The position numbers and the translations under genes were made by a program. From positions 10,145-74,144 of the forward strand of contig CAWHIG010000016.1 in assembly GCA_963829255.1 (NCBI GenBank): a DNA stretch of 64,000 nt. The letters run 5' to 3'. Origin of the DNA: an uncultured Bacteroidales bacterium. Its GTDB lineage: Bacteria > Bacteroidota > Bacteroidia > Bacteroidales > VadinHA17. Below the pieces are notes generated by a model, which searched no databases, was not told the DNA's origin, and saw nothing but the letters and a program-made list of their open reading frames with translations. Of this stretch, positions 1 to 7,245 are shown one piece after another (the first letter of the stretch is position 1; the number at the start of each line of letters is the position of its first letter).

Positions 1-223
1 TTCTTTTCATCTTGTAACATAAGATGAATCCGCTGTCATCACTTTCCATCATCAGGTCAAAGATAGCCAGGTCAGGTTTGAATCTTGCAATTACCGATTC
101 TGCCTCAGCCTGACTTTCCACAGCAATAGTTTTGTAACCTTCTTTCTCAAGATTGAAGACTGTCTGAAAAAGGTAATCCGGATCATCATCAGCAACAAGT
201 ATCGTTATATCACTCTTTTTCAT
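1..223 (-). CDS. Response regulator, receiver (REC) domain; only the first 74 codons are present, the gene runs off the window start
   Basis: Own translation from ATG at 223 on the minus strand: MKKSDITILVADDDPDYLFQTVFNLEKEGYKTIAVESQAEAESVIARFKPDLAIFDLMMESDDSGF... It has the acidic DDD pocket and a phospho-acceptor Asp in FDLMM, as in CheY-like receivers. It lies directly downstream of the kinase fusion on the same strand. Confidence 0.8.
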   Translation of the reverse strand, partial: MKKSDITILVADDDPDYLFQTVFNLEKEGYKTIAVESQAEAESVIARFKPDLAIFDLMMESDDSGFILCYKMKR

Positions 224-302
224 CTTTCCACAAATTTCTAAAAATTCTTTAAATCAAACAGTTAATATGATAAATATGATTGTTGTTAATTTAATAACAT
301 TG

Positions 303-420
303 GTGCTGGGTACTGGGTACTGGGTGCTGGTTGCTTAGTCTCTCAGTCTCTCAGTCTCTCAGTCTCTCAGTCTCTCAGTCCCTTAGTCTCCTCTTCTCCT
401 CTTCACCTCTTCACCCCTTC
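303..420. repeat. Three consecutive short tandem arrays: GT(G/A)CTGG x4, (T/C)(T/C)AGTCTC-type 8-mer x7, CTCTTCAC-type 8-mer x3-4
   Basis: Read directly: 303-330 gtgctgg gtactgg gtactgg gtgctgg; 335-390 ttagtctc tcagtctc (x4) tcagtccc ttagtctc; 391-420 ctcttctc ctcttcac ctcttcac cccttc. It sits between the kinase stop and the response-regulator start. Confidence 0.9.
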
Positions 421-2381
421 TATTCTTTCCTCCTTGGCAACACAATTTTAAAACTCGTTCCGGTTGCACCTTTGGCAGGATTATTATTCGAATCTGCAGT
501 GATCTGACCTTTATGCATTTTAACAATGCCATAGGCAGTTGCCAGTCCCAGTCCGGTTCCCTGTCCGATGCTTTTGGTCGTAAAGAATGGTTCGAAAATC
601 TTAGCCCGGTCTTCCTCCTTTATACCCGTACCTGTGTCACTTATAACAATTATTACGTCGCTGAGAGTGTCTTCCATCTTAATATTGACTGTTCCTCCTG
701 CCGGCATTGCATCAAAAGCATTCTTAATAAGATTTGTCAGTACCTGCATCATCTGTTCCTGATCGAGCATAGCTTCAGGATTTGTCGTCCTGTCATCGAT
801 ATTGATTTTAATCTTTGCAGGAATAATGAGGCTTTCAAGGCTGTGTTCTACCAGATCTTTAATACTGACTGTTTGATGGTTAACCTGATTCTTGCGGGCA
901 AAATTCAAAAGACCTGCAACAATTTTCTTGCATCTTCCGGCCTGGTCAACAATCAGTTTAAGATCTTCTCTGACAGGATCTCCGGCTTTCGATTCTTCCA
1001 GGAGAATGTTGCTGTACATTATTACGACTCCGAGAGGATTATTCAGCTCATGTGCTATACCTGCCGAAAGCTGGCCCATATGAGCCAGTTTTTCTGACTG
1101 TTTAAGAGCCTGTTTCATCGATGAGAGCTTCTCGTTTGATAATGCCAGATCCTTTACTGATTTGTGAAGTTTTTCGATAGTATAAGGCAGACACATCTCA
1201 ACTTCAGCCAGTCCCTTTTTGATTGCTATTGCATGCTCCACACAGCTTTCATAACCGCATGCACCACAATCGAGCTGATCCTTCTTTGTCTTCTTACCCA
1301 TCTTAATAAGAATCTCATTCACATCATTCTCATTAAGAGTCTCAATCCCATGATCTTGTGGTTTATGCCTGATCGACAGGTCCAACTCCGCGTATTCGTC
1401 AAACGATTTTTGCCAGCTCTCAGAATCGATATTTTGCATTTTACTGTTGGCATAGGAGCTTACCAGTGACCTTCTGTTGTATTGCTTACCGTTTTTTGAT
1501 AAACCGGGTCCCATAATACATCCCTCACAGCAAAGAAGTTCCATATGCTGGTTCTTAATCAGACCGGCTTCAAATTCCTTTAAGGCTCCCTGAAAGTCAA
1601 TTCTTCCTTCAGCAGCTATAATATTCCCTGTTATCGCATTGTCGCTTATCTTGGCTGTCTGAAGTAATCCACGGGCAACCGGGAAAATAGCACCTCTTCC
1701 GCCAAGAGGCTGATCAAATTCTACCGGGGTACCTGTCTCAGTGGTGATACCTCTCTCAGACAGCATATCTCTTAATTCGGTAAATGTTATAGCCTCATCA
1801 ACTTCACTGCTTTCAGCTTTCTTGGCAATACAGGGTCCGATAAATACAATTCTTGTATCCTTGCCATATTTTTCACGCATCACTCTGCTCATAGCCACCA
1901 TTGGAGAAACAACAGGAGCCAGGTTATCTACAAGAGCAGGGTGATAAAATTTGACATAGTTAACAATTGAGGGGCAATCAGATGAAATATAAAAATTTTT
2001 TCCCTCCGAAACAAGTTTTTTATATCTGTCTGCAACCAGGTCAGCACCGAAAGAAACTTCTGCAACGAATTCAAAGCCCAGCGCCTTAATCATACCTGTA
2101 AGAATATGATGATCAGGGATATCAGAGAATTCTGCGGGAAAACTGGGAGCAACAATAGCTGCAACTTTCGATTCACTTTCGAGAAGTTTTGCTACCCTGT
2201 CGGTTGTATTAAGAAAGACCTTTGCTCCCTGGCTGCACACTTTTGTACAATTGCCGCAGGCTATGCATCGCTCATCAATTACCTCGGCCTGTCCTCCCAC
2301 AATCCGGATAGCTTTGGCAGGACATTCCCTTACGCAGGTATAGCATGTACGGCAAAGCTCCTTTATTGTGTAAACCAACAT
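420..2381 (-). CDS. Putative sensory [FeFe]-hydrogenase-like protein (HydS-type H-cluster domain) fused to a histidine kinase (HisKA + HATPase_c)
   Basis: 653-aa ORF. It has two ferredoxin motifs ([23 protein letters not shown]). The H-cluster domain has variant motifs P1 SSDCPS, P2 GPCIAKKAE and P3 [13 protein letters not shown]. An extra Cx2Cx4Cx16C motif follows ([26 protein letters not shown]), then a coiled coil. Kinase motifs are the H-box [14 protein letters not shown]-box [10 protein letters not shown] and G-boxes DTGTGI and GTGLGL. Confidence 0.85.
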   Translation of the reverse strand: MLVYTIKELCRTCYTCVRECPAKAIRIVGGQAEVIDERCIACGNCTKVCSQGAKVFLNTTDRVAKLLESESKVAAIVAPSFPAEFSDIPDHHILTGMIKALGFEFVAEVSFGADLVADRYKKLVSEGKNFYISSDCPSIVNYVKFYHPALVDNLAPVVSPMVAMSRVMREKYGKDTRIVFIGPCIAKKAESSEVDEAITFTELRDMLSERGITTETGTPVEFDQPLGGRGAIFPVARGLLQTAKISDNAITGNIIAAEGRIDFQGALKEFEAGLIKNQHMELLCCEGCIMGPGLSKNGKQYNRRSLVSSYANSKMQNIDSESWQKSFDEYAELDLSIRHKPQDHGIETLNENDVNEILIKMGKKTKKDQLDCGACGYESCVEHAIAIKKGLAEVEMCLPYTIEKLHKSVKDLALSNEKLSSMKQALKQSEKLAHMGQLSAGIAHELNNPLGVVIMYSNILLEESKAGDPVREDLKLIVDQAGRCKKIVAGLLNFARKNQVNHQTVSIKDLVEHSLESLIIPAKIKINIDDRTTNPEAMLDQEQMMQVLTNLIKNAFDAMPAGGTVNIKMEDTLSDVIIVISDTGTGIKEEDRAKIFEPFFTTKSIGQGTGLGLATAYGIVKMHKGQITADSNNNPAKGATGTSFKIVLPRRKE

Positions 2382-2399
2382 GTTAATTCAGTCTTATAA

Positions 2400-4121
2400 T
2401 CATAATAATACATTTCTTTTCTCAAAATGAGTAAAGAATATCTTTTTATCTGCAATATCAGCATTATCTTTTAACAGCTTTTCATATAAGTTGATAAGAG
2501 ACGGCGATTTGCATGGGAGATTAATCGCCTCTGTATCATCAGCCTGGTATACAAGTTTCGACCTGTTCCTGATCTCATCCTTTGAGGGACTGAAAGGTAA
2601 ACCTGCCCCATGTACGCATCCACCCTGACAAGTCATCACTTCAATCAGGTCATACTTTTTACCGGCTGCCATGGAAACTTTTAACTTTGCCAGACCTGTC
2701 AGACCATCGACAACTGCGACGTTAACCCCGTTGTCTCCTACCATAACTGAAATTTCCCTGAATGTTCCTCCCGATCGCAGCTTTTTAAAAATCTGTTTAT
2801 CAGGCTCTTTCTTCATTTTTTGATAATGATATGTCCTGATGACACCTTCAGCCATCCCTCCCGATACTTCAGCCATTATGGCGGCTGAGCTTCTTCCGGA
2901 CAGAGGTTCATCTGCCGGTTCATGTTCAATGTTTGAAGTGTCGATGCCGTATAACCTTATAAGCCTGGCCAGTTCTCTCACTGTCAAAACAGTATCCACA
3001 TCACTTATACCTTTTCTCATCATCCCGTCGCGACGGGCTTCAAATTTCATTGCCATGCAGGGAGTTGCAGATACAGAAAAGATCTCTTCAGGTTTAACCT
3101 GCAGCTGATCCGCTACCAGAGTCTTGATCAGTACGCCGGTGATCTGTTGCGGAGATTTTACGGTCGAGAGTTGAGGAATAAGCGAAGGAATAAATTGCTC
3201 AGCATATTTTACCCATGCAGGACAGGCAGAGATATACAAAGGGGTATCTGACTTATTCTCAATTCTGCCGGAGAGCTGATCTGCGATCTCGGATATACAA
3301 ACATCAGTACCTAATCCTGTTTTAAAGACCTTATCAAAACCAATTTTACGCAGGATGGCATTGAGAATCTTATCAAATTCCCTGGTATATCTCATCCCAA
3401 GTTCCTCGGCAATTCCGTAAACAACCATGGATGAATACTGAATGACCTTTACTATTTCAGGTTTATTAAGATATTCCTGTACTTCTGTAATATTGTGTTT
3501 TTCATGAAGAGCCCCGGTAGGGCAAACAAGTACACACTGGCCGCAATGAATACAGCTTGAAAAGTTAAAGTCCCTGTCCATGGCGGCGCCAACATGTGTT
3601 TCTCTTCCTTTATTAATAAAATCAAGTGATGTTGCAGTAATTACCTCCTCACAGACTCTGACGCATCGCCCACAGAGTATGCATTTGGACAATTCCCGTA
3701 TAATTGCCGGGCTGGATTGGTCGAGACGTGGTTTTATTTTTCTTCCGCGTATGCGCCTCTCTCGTATATTGAGCTCTTCAGCAAGCCTTTGAAGTTCACA
3801 ATTCAGGTTCCGGTCGCAGTACAGGCAATCGTCAGGATGGTTTGACAGCAGCAGTTCGACTATAGTTTTTCTTGCGGTAATTACCCTTGGGGAGTGTGTT
3901 TTAATTTTCATCCATTCCTCAACCGGCTGTGAGCAGGCTGTTACAAGACGGTCACGTCCTTCGACTTCAACAACACACATTCTACAGGCACCTGTAGGTG
4001 TAAACTCCTTCATTCTGCAAAGCGTCGGTATAATAATTCCGTTGCGATTAAGGGCGGAAAGGATTGTTTCACCCTTTTCGGCTTTGATCTTCTTATTATT
4101 TACCTGTAGTGTAAAAAGCAT
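2400..4121 (-). CDS. hydA: [FeFe]-hydrogenase large subunit, HydA-like (NuoEF-coupled architecture) with non-canonical H-cluster motifs
   Basis: 573-aa ORF. The N-terminus is 2Fe-2S ferredoxin-like, followed by HPDDCLYCDRNLNC and two 4Fe-4S motifs (CILCGRCVRVC, CIHCGQCVLVCP). The H-domain motifs are ISACPAW, TPCMAMKFE and EVMTCQGGCVHGAGLP, with a small-subunit-like C-terminal tail. It starts 5 nt after hydB ends and stops 18 nt before the next gene. Confidence 0.85.
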   Translation of the reverse strand: MLFTLQVNNKKIKAEKGETILSALNRNGIIIPTLCRMKEFTPTGACRMCVVEVEGRDRLVTACSQPVEEWMKIKTHSPRVITARKTIVELLLSNHPDDCLYCDRNLNCELQRLAEELNIRERRIRGRKIKPRLDQSSPAIIRELSKCILCGRCVRVCEEVITATSLDFINKGRETHVGAAMDRDFNFSSCIHCGQCVLVCPTGALHEKHNITEVQEYLNKPEIVKVIQYSSMVVYGIAEELGMRYTREFDKILNAILRKIGFDKVFKTGLGTDVCISEIADQLSGRIENKSDTPLYISACPAWVKYAEQFIPSLIPQLSTVKSPQQITGVLIKTLVADQLQVKPEEIFSVSATPCMAMKFEARRDGMMRKGISDVDTVLTVRELARLIRLYGIDTSNIEHEPADEPLSGRSSAAIMAEVSGGMAEGVIRTYHYQKMKKEPDKQIFKKLRSGGTFREISVMVGDNGVNVAVVDGLTGLAKLKVSMAAGKKYDLIEVMTCQGGCVHGAGLPFSPSKDEIRNRSKLVYQADDTEAINLPCKSPSLINLYEKLLKDNADIADKKIFFTHFEKRNVLL

Positions 4122-4126
4122 AAAGG

Positions 4127-6061
4127 TTATTTAACATTTACTGCACTGAACTTACAAATATCAAAACAGATACCACAACCGATACATTTTTCTTCGACAA
4201 TAAAGAAAGGCTGAAGTCGTGTTCCATAAATCGCGTTTACAGGGCATTTTGAAGCACAGGCTGTGCAACCGGTACATTTGTCCACATCAATTGAGAATGT
4301 TCTTAATCCCCTGCAGATATTTGCCCTGCATTTTCTGTCAAAAATATGCTCTTCAAACTCATCTCTGAAATTCTTCAGAGCGCTGATGAATGGGTTTGGA
4401 GCAGTCTGCCCAAGTCCGCAAAGTGAAGTGTCCTTCATTACTGATGCGATTGTTTCGAGTTGCATGACTCCTTTAAACCTTTCAAGAGTTGTACCTGATT
4501 CTTCATTTAAAGGTTTCCTGATCACACTTTCCAGTATCTCGAGCATCCTGCCGGTACCTTCACGGCATGGGATACATTTACCACAACTTTCGTTACGGAT
4601 AAATTCCATATAATATCTTACAAGATCAACCATACAGGTGTTCTCATCGATAATGACGAATCCTCCTGCTCCCATTCCAATCCCTTTTTCTTTAAGATCT
4701 TCGTAATCAACGGCAATATCGAGATTTTCACTTGTTATGAAAGAACCCGAAACGCCTCCGAGCTGTATTGCCTTAAACTCTTTTCCCCCCTTTATTCCAT
4801 CAGCAATATCTTCCAGAACTGTCCTGATAGTTGTGCCCATTTCGATCTCAACGACGCCCGACATACGACCTTTTCCTGCAACTGCAAATACTTTGGTACC
4901 CGGACTGTTTTCGGTTCCCAGCGTCCGGAACCATTCTGGTCCGTTCTGCATTATCAGGGGGACATTCATCAGAGTCTCCACATTGTTTATCACTGTCGGT
5001 TTTCCGAATAGTCCGGCGGTTGTAGGATAAGGAGGTTTTAGTTGAGGCATGCCCCGTTTTCCTTCAAGAGTATTTATCAGAGCAGTCTCTTCACCGCAAA
5101 CGAAAGCTCCGGGTTCAATACGGATCATAATATCAAGATTATAACCGCTTGAGAAAATATTATGTCCGAAAAGCCCGTAATCTCTGGCCATGTCGATTGC
5201 TTTCTGAAGCCTGTTCTTAGCATGGTCAGAACCCGATCTCATAAATATAATGGCATTTGAGGCCCCAATAGCATATGCAGCAATTGCAATACCTTCTATA
5301 AGGCGGTGCGGATCGCTTTCAAGAATGGTTCTGTCAGTAAAAGCTCCGGGATCGCTCTCTTTTGCATTACAGATAAGATACCGTGCATTTGAAGTAGTAT
5401 TCAGAGCATGCTTCCACTTTAGTCCTGTCAGATATCCTCCGCCGCTTCTGCCTCTCAATCCGCTTCTTTCAATTATGTCGCATACCTCTTCAAAAGTATA
5501 ATTTCTGATTGCTTTGATATATGCACGATAGCCTCCACGGGCTATATATTCATTAATGCTTTCAGGATCATAACATCCACAATTTCCAAGTATGATCCTT
5601 TTTTGTTTTTTGAAAAAAGGCAGCTCATCCATAAAAGGTATTCCGGACCACAGTTCAAAACCTTTAGTACCGATCTGACCGGCCAGATCATCCTCATTTA
5701 TATCATTATGAAAAACACCATTCAGAAGAGGCTCCACCTTCTCTTCTGTGATGTTTCTGAAGAACAGTTTATTCTTACCCGGGATCTGAACACATACCAG
5801 TGGTTCAAAAGTTGCAGGTCCGTTACACCCGACATTCACTAACGCTGCAGATGGTTCATTTTCCGTTAAATAGGTCTCGATTGCTGAACAGGTTTTTTCA
5901 GATCCTGCAATAATACTGCTTGTACCGGAAGAGATAAAGATTACCGGCTTGTCAGGCTTTTCCCTTCTCACCTGCTGCAATACCTTTTCTGTTTCCGGCA
6001 ATAATGTATCGGATTCAAACAAAAGTACTTTTTCAATCAGGAATGTTTTTAAATCTTCCAT
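4127..6061 (-). CDS. hydB: NuoF-like flavoprotein subunit of the hydrogenase complex (HydB-like)
   Basis: 644-aa ORF with NuoF/HydB signatures: GLRGRSGGGYLTGLKW, CNAKESDPGAFTDR and ESCGKCIPCREGT. The C-terminus has two 4Fe-4S motifs, CTGCTACASKCP and CIGCGICFDIC. Confidence 0.85.
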   Translation of the reverse strand: MEDLKTFLIEKVLLFESDTLLPETEKVLQQVRREKPDKPVIFISSGTSSIIAGSEKTCSAIETYLTENEPSAALVNVGCNGPATFEPLVCVQIPGKNKLFFRNITEEKVEPLLNGVFHNDINEDDLAGQIGTKGFELWSGIPFMDELPFFKKQKRIILGNCGCYDPESINEYIARGGYRAYIKAIRNYTFEEVCDIIERSGLRGRSGGGYLTGLKWKHALNTTSNARYLICNAKESDPGAFTDRTILESDPHRLIEGIAIAAYAIGASNAIIFMRSGSDHAKNRLQKAIDMARDYGLFGHNIFSSGYNLDIMIRIEPGAFVCGEETALINTLEGKRGMPQLKPPYPTTAGLFGKPTVINNVETLMNVPLIMQNGPEWFRTLGTENSPGTKVFAVAGKGRMSGVVEIEMGTTIRTVLEDIADGIKGGKEFKAIQLGGVSGSFITSENLDIAVDYEDLKEKGIGMGAGGFVIIDENTCMVDLVRYYMEFIRNESCGKCIPCREGTGRMLEILESVIRKPLNEESGTTLERFKGVMQLETIASVMKDTSLCGLGQTAPNPFISALKNFRDEFEEHIFDRKCRANICRGLRTFSIDVDKCTGCTACASKCPVNAIYGTRLQPFFIVEEKCIGCGICFDICKFSAVNVK

Positions 6062-6079
6062 CGGGGATTATTACAGGAG

Positions 6080-6574
6080 TTAGTCGTTTTCAATAATGTA
6101 CTTTAATTTTTTTATCAGTTCAGGAAGTTGCTCCGGTTTCACATGAGTATGATATTCGCCGTTCACATTGATAACCGGGCCATTACAACAGCCCCCCATG
6201 CATGAGACGATCTCATAGCTGAAATTGCCATCCCGTGTTGTCAGTCCTGGTAATACTCCAGTCTCTTCCCTTATTTTATTAATGATTGATTGTGATCCGT
6301 TAAGGAAGCATGAGGTGCCATTGCAGATCCTGATCTGAATTTTTCCTGAGGGAATGAACCTGAACCTGTCATAAAATGTAGCCAGGCCATAGATCTTTGT
6401 AGTGCTCAGACCTAAAAAGCTCCCTGTTTTAACAATAGCTTCCTCAGAGAGATAACCCAGATTGTCCTGTATTTCCTGAAGCAAAGGAATAAGATCTTCC
6501 CTTTTACCCTGTTTGTATTTTTTAAGAATTATTTCAAGATCAGTCGCCATCCAGATTATATTAAAGAATTTCAA
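6080..6574 (-). CDS. hydC: NuoE-like thioredoxin-fold [2Fe-2S] subunit (HydC-like)
   Basis: 164-aa ORF with a Cx4C...Cx3C pattern (ICNGTSCFLNG ... SCMGGCCNGP). An alternative start is the Met at 6550 (MATDLEIILKKY). Confidence 0.85.
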   Translation of the reverse strand: MKFFNIIWMATDLEIILKKYKQGKREDLIPLLQEIQDNLGYLSEEAIVKTGSFLGLSTTKIYGLATFYDRFRFIPSGKIQIRICNGTSCFLNGSQSIINKIREETGVLPGLTTRDGNFSYEIVSCMGGCCNGPVINVNGEYHTHVKPEQLPELIKKLKYIIEND

Positions 6575-6589
6575 TACAAAGATAATTGA

Positions 6590-6634
6590 TTTTATTGTTA
6601 ATAAATAAACATTGTTATTTTATTAACAATAAAA
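6590..6634. promoter_or_regulatory. Perfect 16-bp inverted repeat carrying three ATTGTTA/TAACAAT half-sites, immediately upstream of hydC; candidate repressor operator with Rex-like geometry
   Basis: TTTTATTGTTAATAAA (6590-6605) is the exact reverse complement of TTTATTAACAATAAAA (6619-6634). An inner ATTGTTA (6611-6617) and TAACAAT (6624-6630) are spaced by 6 nt. This is the same layout as TTGTGA-N6-TCACAA. Confidence 0.4.
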
Positions 6635-6855
6635 TAACTAACTATATTTATTATACTTTTTTAAATATATTATTGAATATTAACGTTTTACAAATTTTAA
6701 TAAAATCAGGTCGAGCATAAGTTACATCATCTGAAATGTAAGTCGGACCGGTTTTACATATTAATCATGTGAATCTAAGAAGAAAAGAGGTAGATAACAG
6801 CTCGGAAATAATTATTACTTTTGTTGCTGTTGTTTATTTATGAACAGAAAGAAAA

Positions 6856-7110
6856 ATGGCTCAAAGAATTGAGATGCAAATCTGTCTTGGAAGCTCCTGT
6901 TTTTCAAGAGGTAACAAAGACGTCGTAATGTTCATAAGAGAATATCTCAGGAAAAATCATCTTGATGACAAAGTTGTTTTTAAAGGTGCCCGATGTATGG
7001 GTCTTTGCAGTAATGGACCAAATCTGAGTATAAACGGCGTAACCCTTGAAGGGGTTACTCTTTCAAAAATAGAGAGTATACTTGAAAAAGAATTTGCCGG
7101 AATAGTATAA
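6856..7110 (+). CDS. Small thioredoxin-like [2Fe-2S] ferredoxin (NuoE-fold)
   Basis: 84-aa ORF with ICLGSSCFSRGN ... ARCMGLCSNGP, the same Cx4C/Cx3C spacing as hydC. It is the first gene of the plus-strand unit. Confidence 0.8.
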   Translation: MAQRIEMQICLGSSCFSRGNKDVVMFIREYLRKNHLDDKVVFKGARCMGLCSNGPNLSINGVTLEGVTLSKIESILEKEFAGIV

Positions 7111-7112
7111 GA

Positions 7113-7235
7113 AAAGTTTGAAGTGAGCTAAAGTTTGGAGTGACTAAAGTTGAAATGAAAGAATGAATAATGATAAAGTTGAATAATACTATAATACTTT
7201 AGCACTTTAGCACTCTAGGCACTTTAGGCACTAAT
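7113..7235. repeat. Inverted arrays of a CTAAAGT(G)/(C)ACTTTAG unit between the 2Fe-2S gene and the PAS sensor gene; potential long imperfect hairpin
   Basis: Left arm: aaagtttgaagtgagctaaagtttggagtgactaaagt. Right arm: actttagcactttagcactctaggcactttaggcact. The units are reverse complements of each other. Confidence 0.6.
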
Positions 7236-7245
7236 ATAAGTTAAT

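Noticed and set aside
513-6061. Numerous 60-200-aa plus-strand ORFs inside the hydrogenase genes (for example 513..1097, 1164..1469, 4263..4613)
   Set aside because: They are antisense to long ORFs with clear family motifs. They have low-complexity or odd composition and no independent support.
6816-6823. Bacteroidota-type -7 promoter box (TACTTTTG matches TAnnTTTG) upstream of the 2Fe-2S gene
   Set aside because: No TTTG -33 element sits at a suitable distance, and the region is so AT-rich that the match is expected by chance. It is not reported as a feature.
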